Positions 19,307 through 30,614 of a stretch of 64,000 nucleotides of DNA are shown in pieces (the stretch's first letter is position 1; every line of letters starts with the position of its first letter). Where the stretch lies: contig JAYTOU010000052.1 of NCBI GenBank assembly GCA_043747615.1, positions 26,938-90,937 on the forward strand. The letters are read 5' to 3'. The stretch is from Myxococcales bacterium (GTDB lineage: Bacteria > Myxococcota_A > Polyangia > Polyangiales > Polyangiaceae). The notes beneath the pieces were generated by a model that saw nothing but the letters and a program-made list of their open reading frames with translations, was not told where the DNA came from and ran no database searches. Position numbers and translations under genes: made by a program.

Positions 19307-20290
19307 GTGAAAGGCGCGCGCCCCGTAACCCTCTCTTGGAACGGGAAAAACGAGGCGCTTTCGCCGCCTCCGGGTGGACGCCTCGCAAAGGCGGGTCCGG
19401 TGCCGATTCGCTCGGGCGAAGGCGGCGACCTCTTTTTCGGGGACAACCTCAGCGTCATGCGCGCGCTTCATGCGACGCGCGGTGAGAGCGTTACCCTCGC
19501 CTACCTCGATCCGCCGTTTCTCACGGGCCGCGTGCACAAGGCGGTGAAGCGGGGAAAAACGCTCGACGACCGTACGACTACCGACGCCTTCGATGACCGC
19601 TGGACCGATCGGGCAACCTACCTCGAGGCACTCGGACAGCGCTTGGTTTGCGTTCGCGCGCTCCTCGCACCGCATGGCTCGGTGGTGGTGCACGTCGATC
19701 CCAAGACGAGCCACTACATCAAGGTGATGTGCGACGAGATCTTCGGCGACGACGCGTTCGCGAGCGAGATCGTCTGGCGCTACCGCCGCTGGCCCTCCAA
19801 AACGCCTAATTTTCAGCGGGTTCACGACGTTCTGCTCCGCTACCGCAAAGATCCGAAGGCGAAGCCGCGTTGGAACTCGCTCTACGAGCCGCTCGCCGCA
19901 TCCACCCTCGCGACATGGGGCGTGAAGAAACAAAAGGCAGTCTTCGCCGAGAGCGGACGGCGCTCGCACTCGTCAACGAGCACCGAGCGCAGCGCTGGAG
20001 TGCCGATGGGCGACGTCTGGGACATCGGGCTCATCGCGCCGGTGGCCCGGGAGCGAACCGGGTATCCGTCACAAAAACCGGAAGCGCTCCTCGACCGCCT
20101 GCTTCATGCCCTGAGCGATCCGGGAGACGTCGTGCTCGACCCGTACGCGGGGAGCGGGACGACCCTCGCCGTGGCCTCGCGTCTCGCGCGCAAGTTCATT
20201 GGAATCGACGGGAGCGAGGTGGCGATCGAGACGGCCCGTGCGCGCCTCGACGCCCTCGTTTCGCGCACTCGAGACGCTTGCGCTCTCTAA
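19307..20290 (+). CDS. Site-specific DNA methyltransferase (N6-adenine/N4-cytosine, beta order)
   Basis: Motif IV YLDPPF precedes motif [22 protein letters not shown]. Confidence 0.9.
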   Translation: MKGARPVTLSWNGKNEALSPPPGGRLAKAGPVPIRSGEGGDLFFGDNLSVMRALHATRGESVTLAYLDPPFLTGRVHKAVKRGKTLDDRTTTDAFDDRWTDRATYLEALGQRLVCVRALLAPHGSVVVHVDPKTSHYIKVMCDEIFGDDAFASEIVWRYRRWPSKTPNFQRVHDVLLRYRKDPKAKPRWNSLYEPLAASTLATWGVKKQKAVFAESGRRSHSSTSTERSAGVPMGDVWDIGLIAPVARERTGYPSQKPEALLDRLLHALSDPGDVVLDPYAGSGTTLAVASRLARKFIGIDGSEVAIETARARLDALVSRTRDACAL

Positions 20291-20325
20291 GGAGCGCCGC
20301 GTACCCTCGCCGGCGCAACGATCCC

Positions 20326-21921
20326 ATGCCCCAGGCCACCTCCAAACAGCTCATTGGCGCACTGATCGTCTTCGTCGCGTCCGCGCTCGGCGCGATCTAC
20401 ATGAAGGACGCGATGGCACCGATCCTCGGGATCGGAATCGTTGGAGCCGTTGCTGTCATCATGGTTGGGGGAGGAAGCTCCTTCGAGGGGCTGGCCGAGG
20501 CGGTGCGGCGCTCGACGAAGGGCGACAGGCCTCGGCCACCCGCGAACGCAAACAGCGAGCTCCTTCGTTTCTTCGACGAGCTCGGAACCCTCGCCGATCA
20601 GCGAAAATCGGAGCGCGCATCGCTCGCGGTTCGCGAAACAGACGTCGCCGAGGCGGAGCGAGCGCTCGAAGAAATCACGAAGAAGCTCTCCGATGGCGTG
20701 GCCACCCAGCTCGCCGCTGCGGAAGAGACGTCGCGGCAGATCAAAGAAATGGCAAGAGCCGTTCGCGACATCGCTCTGCACGTGGAGACCCTCACTTCAA
20801 GCGCCGAAGAATCGAGCTCCTCGATCCTGGAGATGACGGCGACGAACGACGAAGTGGCCGAAAACGTCGGCGAGCTGGCGGGCAGCGTGCGCGAGACAGT
20901 GAGCTCGATCGAGGAGATGGCGTACTCGATCAAAGAGGTGGCGAAGAACGTCGATGCTCTGTCGCTCACCGCCGAAGAGACGAGCTCGTCGATGAACCAG
21001 ATGGACGTGTCCATCGATCAGGTGCAGTCGAACGCCAACGAGACGGCGCGCTTGTCCGAAGAAGTGGCCCTCGATGCCGAGAAGGGCGCCGAAGCTATTT
21101 TGAAAACGATCAGCGAGATCTACCGCATCAAGGAGAGCTCTCAAGAAGCGGTCGCGGTCATATCCAATCTAGGATCGCGCATCGAAGCCATCGGGCAGAT
21201 CGTCAACGTGATCGACGACGTCGCAGAGCAGACGAACCTCCTCGCCCTGAACGCCGCGATCATCGCCGCCCAGGCGGGTGAGCAAGGAAAAGGCTTTGCC
21301 GTCGTTGCCGACGAGATCAAAGATCTCGCAGAGCGCGCAGGGGCCAGCACGCGGGAGATTACCGATCTCATCAAGACCGTGCAGGCGGAGTCGAAGAACG
21401 CCATCAACGCCGTCGAACGCGGCGCGCACAACGTCGATCGCGGCGTAGAGGTCTCCAACGAGGCCGAGCGCGCACTCAAGAAGATCCTCGAGAGCAGCCA
21501 AAAATCGACGAACATGGTGCGCGCCATTGCCCGCGCGACGGTGGAGCAAGCGAAAGGCTCGAAGCAGGTCACCGACGCCATCGGGCGCATCGCCGAGACC
21601 GTGCAGCAGATCGCCGCCGCGACTGCCGAGCAAGCACGCGGCTCCGAGCTCATCATGAAGAGCGCCGAGAAAATGCGCATCATCACGCAGCACGTGGAGC
21701 GCAGCTCTCAGGAGCAAGCCAAGGGCGGACGGCAAATCACCGGCACCATCGAGAATATCTCGAACATGGTGACCCAGCTCAACGTCAGTCACAGCGCTCA
21801 ATCCAAGGGAAGCGAGCAGGTGCTGAGCGCCTCGATGCGCATCGAAGAGACGGCGCGGACCCAAGACTCGTCGCTCCGCCAGCTGACGGCGGCGCTCGAT
21901 CGCCTCCGCCGTCTGCTTTGA
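20326..21921 (+). CDS. Methyl-accepting chemotaxis protein
   Basis: Two N-terminal TM helices; hairpin tip [38 protein letters not shown]; multiple EE/EQ methylation-like sites. Confidence 0.93.
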   Translation: MPQATSKQLIGALIVFVASALGAIYMKDAMAPILGIGIVGAVAVIMVGGGSSFEGLAEAVRRSTKGDRPRPPANANSELLRFFDELGTLADQRKSERASLAVRETDVAEAERALEEITKKLSDGVATQLAAAEETSRQIKEMARAVRDIALHVETLTSSAEESSSSILEMTATNDEVAENVGELAGSVRETVSSIEEMAYSIKEVAKNVDALSLTAEETSSSMNQMDVSIDQVQSNANETARLSEEVALDAEKGAEAILKTISEIYRIKESSQEAVAVISNLGSRIEAIGQIVNVIDDVAEQTNLLALNAAIIAAQAGEQGKGFAVVADEIKDLAERAGASTREITDLIKTVQAESKNAINAVERGAHNVDRGVEVSNEAERALKKILESSQKSTNMVRAIARATVEQAKGSKQVTDAIGRIAETVQQIAAATAEQARGSELIMKSAEKMRIITQHVERSSQEQAKGGRQITGTIENISNMVTQLNVSHSAQSKGSEQVLSASMRIEETARTQDSSLRQLTAALDRLRRLL

Positions 21922-21953
21922 TTTAGGCGGGTGCCCTGAGGGCGCCGCGCGTG

Positions 21954-23840
21954 TCACTCGACGGTGACGGTCTTGGCGAGGTTTCGAGGCTGATCGACGT
22001 CGGTGCCTTTGAAATCGGCGATGAAGTACGACAGAAGCTGGAGCGGGATCACCGTGAGGAGCGGCAAGATCTCCGGCGCGGCCTCGGGAATGTAGATGAC
22101 GTCGGGATCCATCGACGGAAGCATGAGGGTCCGCGAACCTATCTGCGACAGGCGCGGCGTGATGAGCCTCGCCACTTCGTCGTCTCCCTTGGTGCAGACG
22201 GCGATGACTTGCCCTTCGCGCGCCCTCACCTCTTGCATGTTGGAGACGGTCTTCTCGTAGTGGACGTCCTTCGGGCAGAGCACGACCACAGGCATTTCTT
22301 CGTCGATGAGCGCGATGGGTCCGTGCTTCATTTCCCCCGCGGCGTAGCCCTCGGCGTGGATGTAAGAAATCTCTTTCAGCTTGAGAGCGCCTTCGAGTGC
22401 GATGGGAAAACCGGTTCCGCGTCCGAGAAAAAGCATGTCTCGTGCGCGCGAGTGCTTCTTGGCGATGGCTTTGATCGTCTCGGCTTCGAGGAGCACGTCG
22501 CGCATCAACATCGGAGCGCGGGTCAGCGCGTGGAGGACGCGGCGTGACTCGGTCGCACTGAGCGTGCCCCGGCAACGACCGAGGTGGACGGCGAGCATGA
22601 GGAGCACCGCAAGCTGCGTGGTGAAGCACTTGGTGGACGCGACGCCGATCTCGGGACCGGCGTGGGTGTAGAGCGCCCCGTCGCTCGCCCGCGGAATCGC
22701 GCTGTCGACGACGTTGGCGACGGCCAGGATGTGGGCGCCCTTCGCTCGCGCGGCTTTCACGGCAGCGAGGGTGTCGGCCGTTTCGCCGCTCTGACTGACG
22801 GCAACGACGAGATCGGTCGAAGAGAAGACGGGCTCGCGGTACCTGACCTCGCTCCCGATCTCGACGGTGGAAGGAAGCTGCGCCAGCGCCTCGACCCAAT
22901 ATCTTCCAGCCATGGCGGCGTGAGAGCTGGTGCCGCAGGCGATGAAGTAGACCCGCGTGATTTTCTTGGCGAGCTCCACCGAGACGCCGATTTCTTCGGC
23001 GATTATCTCGCCCGCGTCGACGTCGATGCGGCCGCGAAGAGTGTCCTCGATCGCGCGGGGTTGTTCGTAGATTTCCTTGAGCATGAAGTGCTTGTAGCCC
23101 CCCTTTTCGGCTTGCGAGGGAGACCAGTCGATGCGCTTCGAGGCTCGATTTACCGAGGTTCCATCGAGCTTGGTGATGGTGATGCTGTCCTTCCTCAGAA
23201 CGGCGATCTCGCCATCCTCGAGAAAAATCACGTCTCGCGTGTGGGGCAAGAGCGCAGGAACGTCGCTCGCGGCCAGCATCTCGCCGTCGCCGACTCCGAG
23301 AACGAGAGGCGAGCAATCTTTCGCAACCACCACCGCGTCCGGCACGTCTCCGCTCGTGACCGCGATGGCATACGCTCCGCTCACTCGCTTGAGCGCCACG
23401 CGCACGGCTTCTTCGAGCTTGGGCGTACCGCTCCTCAGCGCCTCGTCGATCAGGTGGGCGACGATCTCCGTGTCGGTCGCGCTCGAAAACTTGACGCCTT
23501 TGCCTTCGAGCTCGCGGCGGAGGGCCACATGGTTTTCGATGATGCCGTTGTGAACCACGGCCACTTTGCCCGCGACGTGAGGGTGCGCGTTCGCTTCACT
23601 CGGGCGGCCGTGGGTTGCCCAGCGGGTGTGTCCGATGCCCGTCGTTCCGGCGAGCGGATTTTTTCTCAACGCGGCGTCGAGGTTCGCGAGCTTCCCGACG
23701 GCGCGCACGATCTCCACGCCCCGGCCGGTGTGCACCGCGAGCCCTGCCGAGTCGTATCCTCGGTATTCGAGCTTGCGCAAACCTTCGACGAGAATGTGCG
23801 CGCAATCTTTCGCGCCGACGTAAGCAACGATTCCACACAT
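21954..23840 (-). CDS. glmS: Glutamine--fructose-6-phosphate transaminase
   Basis: MCGIV N-terminus, LEYRGYDSAG, GHTRWATHG, SQSGETADT, DQPRNLAKTVTVE C-terminus. Confidence 0.98.
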   Translation of the reverse strand: MCGIVAYVGAKDCAHILVEGLRKLEYRGYDSAGLAVHTGRGVEIVRAVGKLANLDAALRKNPLAGTTGIGHTRWATHGRPSEANAHPHVAGKVAVVHNGIIENHVALRRELEGKGVKFSSATDTEIVAHLIDEALRSGTPKLEEAVRVALKRVSGAYAIAVTSGDVPDAVVVAKDCSPLVLGVGDGEMLAASDVPALLPHTRDVIFLEDGEIAVLRKDSITITKLDGTSVNRASKRIDWSPSQAEKGGYKHFMLKEIYEQPRAIEDTLRGRIDVDAGEIIAEEIGVSVELAKKITRVYFIACGTSSHAAMAGRYWVEALAQLPSTVEIGSEVRYREPVFSSTDLVVAVSQSGETADTLAAVKAARAKGAHILAVANVVDSAIPRASDGALYTHAGPEIGVASTKCFTTQLAVLLMLAVHLGRCRGTLSATESRRVLHALTRAPMLMRDVLLEAETIKAIAKKHSRARDMLFLGRGTGFPIALEGALKLKEISYIHAEGYAAGEMKHGPIALIDEEMPVVVLCPKDVHYEKTVSNMQEVRAREGQVIAVCTKGDDEVARLITPRLSQIGSRTLMLPSMDPDVIYIPEAAPEILPLLTVIPLQLLSYFIADFKGTDVDQPRNLAKTVTVE

Positions 23841-23966
23841 GTGCGAAGGCCTCCAAGGGTCCCGTTCCAACGCGGGGCTCACTGATCTTACTCCCCGCCG
23901 CGCGCGCCTCAGCAGTTTCGATGGCGGAGGACCGAGATTCGTCTCGCTTTTTTTGGAACCTTTAGC

Positions 23967-24827
23967 TTATTTCGCGCACGTGATCGGGGGAAGCTCGCTC
24001 GGCGAGGCCCCATCGGCGATCAGCCGGGCATTGGAAAATACCGCTCGAAAGGTGTCGAGTCGGGCCATGATCGACGGGCTGCGGGTGCGCTCGTCGCTAT
24101 CCATGGCGCTCAAGCTGACGACGCCAACCACTTCCCGCCCGCCCGCAAGCACCGGACCACCAGAATCACCCGGGCAAATCGAGGCGTCCATACGGAGCGT
24201 CCCTGATTGGGTGAGGGAGACGATGCGACCGCCCGCGCGCGCTTGGCGATGAATGCCATCGGGGGAGAGCGCACACCGGCCAAATCCGGCGGGACCGAGC
24301 GTTTCGCCGACCCGAGGGGGCTCGTCGAGGCGAGCGGTCATCGTGCTCAGGCCGACGAGCTTTCGCTCGAGAACGAGAACGGCCAAGTCCCCTGCCCCAC
24401 CCGCTTCGCCGCACATGGGGGCTACGATTTCTCGGACCCGAACGTTTCCCCAAGGAAGGTAGTCGCCGCCCAGCTCGACGCGGACATCGGAGCCCTTGAG
24501 AAGCCCTTTGGTAAACTCCCCGTTCGCGCGCCGCTCCACGACGCAGTGATGCGCGGTGAGAACGAGATCGTCTTCGACCAGCGTTCCCGAGCACGTCATC
24601 TGCGGGCCGACCACGCGCACGATCGCATCTTCGGCAACGGCGATCGCGATGGGGGGCGAAAAAAAACGGGACGGAGCGATGTCTTCCGTTTCGCCGTTAG
24701 CTGCGGGTCGGACGTTCGGCATGTGGGCCGCTCGAACACAGCCAAGCTGCGCTCCAAGCACCGCCGGAGTCAACACGAACGCGACGGACGCGACGGACGC
24801 GACGGTCGGGAAACTCGACCTGCTCAT
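23967..24827 (-). CDS. S1 (trypsin-like) serine protease, lipoprotein
   Basis: VLTAHHC, GDLAVL, CPGDSGGP catalytic triad; QLGC lipobox. Confidence 0.88.
   Translation of the reverse strand: MSRSSFPTVASVASVAFVLTPAVLGAQLGCVRAAHMPNVRPAANGETEDIAPSRFFSPPIAIAVAEDAIVRVVGPQMTCSGTLVEDDLVLTAHHCVVERRANGEFTKGLLKGSDVRVELGGDYLPWGNVRVREIVAPMCGEAGGAGDLAVLVLERKLVGLSTMTARLDEPPRVGETLGPAGFGRCALSPDGIHRQARAGGRIVSLTQSGTLRMDASICPGDSGGPVLAGGREVVGVVSLSAMDSDERTRSPSIMARLDTFRAVFSNARLIADGASPSELPPITCAK
24779..24805. repeat. Three perfect tandem copies of ACGCGACGG
   Basis: Read directly; encodes the in-frame VAS repeat in the protease signal peptide. Confidence 0.8.
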
Positions 24828-24849
24828 CGCATCGCCTCAGGGCATTGCT

Positions 24850-25401
24850 TCATCGCATTGCAGTGGGAGCGGCGAGTCGGGCCTCACGGGTCGCGTTGTG
24901 GTACGCGATGGCGCTCGCTTCGGGGTGCGCCTGGGCATCGTCCACGCCGAGATCGACCAGCTCACGCAAGATATCTGCGCGGCGGGTGGCGGACGCAAGC
25001 AGCCAGGTGTCGCACGGGGACTCGTCTTCCGCCGTCGGGGCGCAGCGCGCGAGGACCCGGCGCTCGGCCGCGAGGGCATCGACGGATCGACCTTCGTCGA
25101 GGAGCGCGCGTGCATAGACGTGCTCGATGAGCGGGCTGGCTTTCACTGCGAGGGGCGCCGACTCGACGACGCCGACCGCGAGCCCTGGGGCGTGCACATC
25201 GAGGTAGGCCTGCGCGAGATCGCGACGACGGACGGCGTCGCCCGGGGCCATGGCCACCTGGACTTCGAGCGCGCGCACCGCATCGCTGTGCGACTCGGCC
25301 AGAACGGCCTTTTCGCGCTGGGTCCCGCTCGCGAGCCACAACGCCCCCACCGCCACGAGCAACGCCGCATTCCCCGCCTGACACCACGTCCGCAACGCCA
25401 T
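24850..25401 (-). CDS. Hypothetical exported TPR-like helical protein
   Basis: GGGAG SD; N-terminal TM helix; APGDAVRRRDLAQAYLD TPR-like pattern. Confidence 0.65.
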   Translation of the reverse strand: MALRTWCQAGNAALLVAVGALWLASGTQREKAVLAESHSDAVRALEVQVAMAPGDAVRRRDLAQAYLDVHAPGLAVGVVESAPLAVKASPLIEHVYARALLDEGRSVDALAAERRVLARCAPTAEDESPCDTWLLASATRRADILRELVDLGVDDAQAHPEASAIAYHNATREARLAAPTAMR

Positions 25402-25638
25402 GTGCTCTCCCTCAGTGACCAGATGTCAGACGTACGAGGCGCGAAAAAGATGCGCGGACGCGAGCGGCGGCGCTGCGCGAAGACCTAAGGTGACACGCTT
25501 TTCTGCAGACATCACGGCCAGGAAGAAAGTTCCGAAATAGTTGATTCGTATTCGAAGCCCAAGAGACACGGCGCCTCCCCGCGTCCTTGGGCGTCACGCA
25601 CACGGATGGTGCTCTAATGTAGGCAATCTTTTGCCCAC

Positions 25639-26715
25639 TCAGAAAGCGTGGGCCAGCTCGTTGAGAATCCAGTCGCCCACGGCGCGCGTTCCCAGCTCGC
25701 CTCCGACGTCGCGGGTGCAACGCTTCTCCTCGACGGCGCGCGCCACCAGGGCCTCGAGGCGCGGCTCCTCCGCAGGATGGCCAAGATGGGCAAGCAGCAT
25801 TCCCACGGTGAGGACACTGGCCAGGGGGTTCGCCAGGTCTTTTCCAGCGAGCGGCGGCGCCGAGCCGTGCACCGGTTCGAAGAGCCCCACTCGGCGAGGA
25901 TCCGAGGCGTGCACGTTGGCGCTCGCCGCCATGCCGAGACCGCCCTGAAGCGCAGCTCCGAGGTCGGTCACGATGTCGCCGAAGAGATTGCACGTGACGA
26001 CCACTTCGAAGGGCGACGGATCTTGAATGAGGTAAAAGCACAGCGCGTCGACGTACACGTGCTTGGCTTCGATGCCCGGGTAGGACGCGGCGACCTCGAA
26101 GAACACGCGGTACCAAAGCTCGTGCGCGTGCTTCATGGCGTTGGACTTGTCGGCCATGTGCACGGTTTTCTTGCCGTGGAGCTTGGCGTGCTCGAAGCCT
26201 GCGCGAATGAGGCGCTCGACACCTTTGCGGGTGTTCAGATCTTCGTTGATGGCGATCTCGTCGGGAGTTCCACGTTTGAACTGCCCCCCCATTCCTACAT
26301 AGATCCCTTCGGTGTTCTCACGGAAGACCGTGAAGTTCACGTCCGTGGCGCGCCGGCCCTTGAGGGGCACCAGGCGATCGGAGAGGGCCTTGACGGGGCG
26401 AATGTTGGCGTAGAGATCCAGGCCAAAGCGTAGGCCAAAAAGAATGTCGCGGGCGTGCTCGAGGCCGGGCAAGCGCGGGTCACCGAGCGCTCCCAGAAGT
26501 ACGGCACGCGCTTCGGACGCGACGCGATCGGCGACTTCTTTCGGGTAGGTTGTGCCGTCTTTCAAATAGCGATCTGCGCCCAGATCCAATTCCCACAGAT
26601 CGAGATTCAATCCTCGTTTATCGCGGTAGAACTCGAGAAGCCGCCGCGCTTGGGCGATGACCTCCGGCCCAATGCCGTCCCCCGGCAGAATCGCGACGAG
26701 ATCAGACGATGCCAT
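25639..26715 (-). CDS. Isocitrate/isopropylmalate/tartrate dehydrogenase family protein (LeuB-like)
   Basis: PGDGIGPEV, RENTEG, NLFGDIVTD, FEPVHGSAP; substrate not determinable by eye. Confidence 0.9.
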   Translation of the reverse strand: MASSDLVAILPGDGIGPEVIAQARRLLEFYRDKRGLNLDLWELDLGADRYLKDGTTYPKEVADRVASEARAVLLGALGDPRLPGLEHARDILFGLRFGLDLYANIRPVKALSDRLVPLKGRRATDVNFTVFRENTEGIYVGMGGQFKRGTPDEIAINEDLNTRKGVERLIRAGFEHAKLHGKKTVHMADKSNAMKHAHELWYRVFFEVAASYPGIEAKHVYVDALCFYLIQDPSPFEVVVTCNLFGDIVTDLGAALQGGLGMAASANVHASDPRRVGLFEPVHGSAPPLAGKDLANPLASVLTVGMLLAHLGHPAEEPRLEALVARAVEEKRCTRDVGGELGTRAVGDWILNELAHAF

Positions 26716-27466
26716 GGCGCGACGCTAGCATGGCCCGAGCGACCTCGACGACCCCCGCAACACGAGCAACGTCGACGAAGCGCCCGGTGTAGTGGCCGTG
26801 CGGATCGATCAGCGCCGTTCGTACCCCGGCGGCACGTGCGCCGAGGACGTCGGTCGCGTAAGTGTCGCCGAGATGAAGGGCGTGCTCGGCGCGGACTCCG
26901 AGTTTGTCGAGCGCGACATGGAAGATGCGTGCATCGGGTTTTTCCACTCCAAAAAGGCCGCTGTCGACGACCAAATCGAAGTGGGAAAGAATCTCGAGCT
27001 GCTCGAAGATGCGAGCGAGCATGCCTTCGGAGTTGCTGATGATCGCCACCTTCACGCCCGCCGCGCGCACGCGATCGAGCGCCTCTCCGAGACCCGTGGG
27101 GACGAGCGAATAGAGATTCCAGCGAACGTGATCCTCCCAAAGTTTCTCGAGGAGCGCGGCGAGGCGATCGCGAGGCACACCGGCCCGATGGAGCGCGGTG
27201 CCGATAACCTGACCCCACCCCCGTGCGCCAGGACGCGCGCGGCTCGCCCATTCCACCTCGATGGGGCTCTCACCGTTTCTTTCGAGGAGCGTCTTCGCTT
27301 CACCCTCGGTGCGGATCAAGGTCTCCGCATTTACCGAGAAACCGAGGGCATTCGCGAAACGCGCCATGCGGGCGTGATCCAGGAAAATCACGGTGTTGCC
27401 CGCATCGAGCATCAGGAGATCGACACCCTTCACGAGTGCGGCGAGCCCCCCGGAAGAATCAGGCAA
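26702..27466 (-). CDS. HAD-superfamily hydrolase
   Basis: [31 protein letters not shown]. Confidence 0.88.
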   Translation of the reverse strand: MPDSSGGLAALVKGVDLLMLDAGNTVIFLDHARMARFANALGFSVNAETLIRTEGEAKTLLERNGESPIEVEWASRARPGARGWGQVIGTALHRAGVPRDRLAALLEKLWEDHVRWNLYSLVPTGLGEALDRVRAAGVKVAIISNSEGMLARIFEQLEILSHFDLVVDSGLFGVEKPDARIFHVALDKLGVRAEHALHLGDTYATDVLGARAAGVRTALIDPHGHYTGRFVDVARVAGVVEVARAMLASRHGIV

Positions 27467-28571
27467 GCAGCTTCGAGGCTTTCACGAACTCCATCTTGTG
27501 CGCCTGGGCAACGGGCTCGCACGTGACGTGTCCCTTGTAGACGTTGATGCCGCGCTCGAGCGCTTTGTCTGCGCGGGCCGCAGCGACGATCCCAGCGTCG
27601 GCGATCTTCACGGCGTAGCCGCTCGTCGTGTTGGTGAGCGCCCAGGTGCTCGTCTGGGAGACGGCCCCCGGCATATTGGGAACGCAGTAGTGGACGACGC
27701 CGTGCACTTCGTACGTCGGCTGATCGTGGTTCGTCGGCCGGCAGGTGGCGATGCATCCGCCCTGATCCACCGCCACGTCGACGACGACGGAGCCCTTGCC
27801 CATGCGGCCAATGAGATCTTCGCTGACCAGCTTCGGAGCGACGGCACCGGTCACGAGAACGGCGCCGATCACCAAGTCGGCGCGCTGCACGGCCTCTTCG
27901 ATGTTCGTGGGGTTCGAATAGAGGGTCTCGATGGCGCCGCCGAAGACGTCCTCGAGGTAGGCCATCGTCTCGGCGCGGACGTCGATGATGGTGACCTGTG
28001 CGCCCATGCCGATGGCGATCGTCGCGGCGTTTCTTCCGACCACGCCGCCGCCGAGGATGACCACCCGACCGCGACGCGTGCCGGGAACGCCGCCGAGGAG
28101 CACGCCTTTTCCGCCGCGCTCTTTCTCGAGGCAGGTTGCGCCGACTTGCACGGCCATTCGCCCGGCGACCTCACTCATCGGTCGGAGGAGCGGGAGGGAA
28201 TGATCCTCGAGCTCGATCGTCTCGTAGGCCACGGCGCTCACCTTGGAGGCCGCGAGGGCTTTCGTCAGCTCGAGCTCGGCCGCGAGATGAAGATACGTGT
28301 AAAGTACAAGCCCTTCGCGAAAAAAGCCGTACTCCGCTGCGAGCGGCTCCTTCACCTTGACCACCATCTCCGCACCCCACGCGTCGCTCGCGCCGGCAAC
28401 GATGGTCGCCCCTTGCGCGATGTACTCCGCGTCTTCGATTCCGCTCCCGACGCCTGCACCGCGTTCGATGAGCACTTTGTGGCCGCGTGTGGTGAGGAGG
28501 CGGACTCCTGCGGGGGTCATGCCGACTCGGTACTCGCGGGTTTTGATTTCTTTGGGGACGCCGATGATCAC
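27459..28571 (-). CDS. ald: Alanine dehydrogenase
   Basis: [47 protein letters not shown] before GTG 28571. Confidence 0.96.
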   Translation of the reverse strand: MIIGVPKEIKTREYRVGMTPAGVRLLTTRGHKVLIERGAGVGSGIEDAEYIAQGATIVAGASDAWGAEMVVKVKEPLAAEYGFFREGLVLYTYLHLAAELELTKALAASKVSAVAYETIELEDHSLPLLRPMSEVAGRMAVQVGATCLEKERGGKGVLLGGVPGTRRGRVVILGGGVVGRNAATIAIGMGAQVTIIDVRAETMAYLEDVFGGAIETLYSNPTNIEEAVQRADLVIGAVLVTGAVAPKLVSEDLIGRMGKGSVVVDVAVDQGGCIATCRPTNHDQPTYEVHGVVHYCVPNMPGAVSQTSTWALTNTTSGYAVKIADAGIVAAARADKALERGINVYKGHVTCEPVAQAHKMEFVKASKLLA

Positions 28572-28707
28572 GGGCCTACTCCTTTTTGGACGTAAATTAC
28601 GCCCAAACGTTAGCGAAGATGGGGCGACTTGGCCAGGCCGCGTGAGACTGTGACGCGGCGCGGGCTCGCGAACCTCGCCTCGGTCGAGAGTATGGTACCG
28701 AGGCGCT

Positions 28708-29808
28708 GTGTATGCGCTTGCCCGGCCCATCTTGTTTTCGCTCCCGCCCGAAACGGCGCACGCGCTCGGCATGGCTGCGCTCGCGCCGCTGGAGCACGTC
28801 GGGCCCCTTCGCTCGCTCACCCGCGCTCTGTTCACATGCGAAGACCCGCGCCTCGTCACCCGCGTGATGGGGCTCACGTTTCCGAATCCCCTCGGAGTCG
28901 CGGGCGGGTTCGACAAGAACGCTCTTCGTCCGCGGGCGCTCGCTGCGCTTGGATTCGGATTTCTCGAGCTCGGGACGGTCACCGCTTCGGCGCAAGAGGC
29001 AAATCCTGCCCCCAACTTGTTTCGCCTGGAGAGGGATCGCGCGATCGTCAATCGCCTGGGGTTTCCCAACGAAGGTGCGGCGGTCGTCGCGGCGCGGATG
29101 GCCCGAAAGAGGGGCTACCTTCACGCGGCCGGGGTGCCGGTTGGACTGTCGATAGGAAAGTCGCGCAAGGTGCCGGTCGAGCCGATCGAGGGAGCGATCG
29201 CCGACTATCTGGACAGCTTTCGCGAGGCGAGGCGGGTCGCTGATTTCGTGGTGGTGAACGTGTCCTCACCGAACACGAAGGATCTGCGCGCTATGCAGGG
29301 CGCCGAGCTCGCCCGCCTTCTCCTCGCCGCGATCACCCGCGAAAATGCGCTCTTGCCGCGGGTGCCGCTCCTCATCAAGATCGCACCGGATCTTTCGGAC
29401 GCGCAGCTCGAGGCGCTCCTCACCGTGGTGGAAGAGTGCGGGCTCGACGGCGTCGTAGCGACCAACACGACGCTCGCGCGCGCGAACCTCTCCACGAGCG
29501 CGCAAGACGTGGAAGCGATCGGAGCCGGAGGGCTGAGCGGTCCGCCGCTGAGAGCGAGGGCCCTCGAAGTGGTCCGCATCGTGCGCGCTCGCCTCGGCCC
29601 GAAGGCGGCGGTGATCGGCGTGGGGGGGGTGGAGACGGCGGCGCATCTCCTCGATTTTCTCCGGGCGGGGGCGGATCTCGTGCAGCTCTACACCGGCTTC
29701 ATTTACGGCGGCCCGGGTACAGCGCGGGCGATTGTCCGCGATATCTTGGCGCAGATGGAACGCTCTGGAGCGAGCAGCCTGCGAGAATGGGTCGACGCGC
29801 GGCCCTAA
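28708..29808 (+). CDS. pyrD: Quinone-dependent dihydroorotate dehydrogenase (class 2)
   Basis: [41 protein letters not shown]. Confidence 0.96.
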   Translation: MYALARPILFSLPPETAHALGMAALAPLEHVGPLRSLTRALFTCEDPRLVTRVMGLTFPNPLGVAGGFDKNALRPRALAALGFGFLELGTVTASAQEANPAPNLFRLERDRAIVNRLGFPNEGAAVVAARMARKRGYLHAAGVPVGLSIGKSRKVPVEPIEGAIADYLDSFREARRVADFVVVNVSSPNTKDLRAMQGAELARLLLAAITRENALLPRVPLLIKIAPDLSDAQLEALLTVVEECGLDGVVATNTTLARANLSTSAQDVEAIGAGGLSGPPLRARALEVVRIVRARLGPKAAVIGVGGVETAAHLLDFLRAGADLVQLYTGFIYGGPGTARAIVRDILAQMERSGASSLREWVDARP

Positions 29809-29874
29809 ATCGAGGATGCTTCCGGGCCGTTCCGCTAAGCGACCGCACTCATCACCGCGGTCTGGAGACCTCTC

Positions 29875-30603
29875 ATGCGCGTCACCGGCCTTTCTCTCGC
29901 GTTCCTCGCGACCGTCAACGTTCTCGTCGTGTCGACCCCCGCCCTCGCCGAAGACTCTGCGCCCGCAGCCACCGAGGCGCCCGCGGCCGCGGCAAAGCCG
30001 GAGGGCACGGTGATGCTTCACATAGAGTCCCCGAAGGTCGTCGACCTCGAGCGACGTCAGGGCGGTATCGGCGCGTGGGAGCACGTCTGCACGTCTCCAT
30101 GCGACATGAACGTTCCCCTCTTCGACCAGTACCGAATCGCACCGGCGGCTGACGTCTCGGAGTCCAAGCCGTTCATGATCGACGCCGCAAACAAGGACCG
30201 CGTCAGCCTGGCAGTAAACCCAGGCATGAGGACCAAGTCGCGCGTCGGCACCTATATCCTCATTGCCGGAGTCGCGACCGTGGTCACGGGGGTGGTCGTC
30301 GTCATCGCCGGAACGGCGGGATCCGACAGCATCGGCAGCGACGGAACGACCCACCACGCGTTCACCAACGTCGCGTTCGTTGGCTCTGCGCTCGTGCTCG
30401 GCGGCCTCGCCGCGACCATGGTCGGCGCGGCATGGCGCATCAACAACCAGCACTCCTACGTCGGCGGCGACGTCGCCAAGCCCCCGGCGTCGACCAACGA
30501 ACAGACCGCCTCGCGCGAGGCCGTTTTCGTCAAGCCGCAAGCCGAGCAAATGGCCTCGAGGACGCCCGCGTTCGTCTTCCCGGTCTTCACGAAGAATTTC
30601 TGA
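29875..30603 (+). CDS. Hypothetical exported/membrane protein (PEGA-like domain plus TM hairpin)
   Basis: GGAG SD; signal peptide; VCTSPC; two hydrophobic segments; terminal Phe. Confidence 0.7.
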   Translation: MRVTGLSLAFLATVNVLVVSTPALAEDSAPAATEAPAAAAKPEGTVMLHIESPKVVDLERRQGGIGAWEHVCTSPCDMNVPLFDQYRIAPAADVSESKPFMIDAANKDRVSLAVNPGMRTKSRVGTYILIAGVATVVTGVVVVIAGTAGSDSIGSDGTTHHAFTNVAFVGSALVLGGLAATMVGAAWRINNQHSYVGGDVAKPPASTNEQTASREAVFVKPQAEQMASRTPAFVFPVFTKNF

Positions 30604-30614
30604 GCCGCGAAGGC

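Noticed and set aside
19870..20325. Apparent 152-aa N-terminal extension of the MCP
   Set aside because: It overlaps the methyltransferase in another frame; the TM helices start right after ATG 20326
23841..23966. glmS ribozyme upstream of glmS
   Set aside because: The leader is short, I could not see the conserved ribozyme core, and the element is mainly found in Firmicutes
24779..24805. 9-bp tandem repeat as a phase-variation site
   Set aside because: The unit is a multiple of three with only three copies, so slippage would keep the frame
25557..25592. Hairpin GCCCAAG...CTTGGGC after the LeuB-like gene as an intrinsic terminator
   Set aside because: The inner stem is imperfect and there is no U-tract; too weak to call
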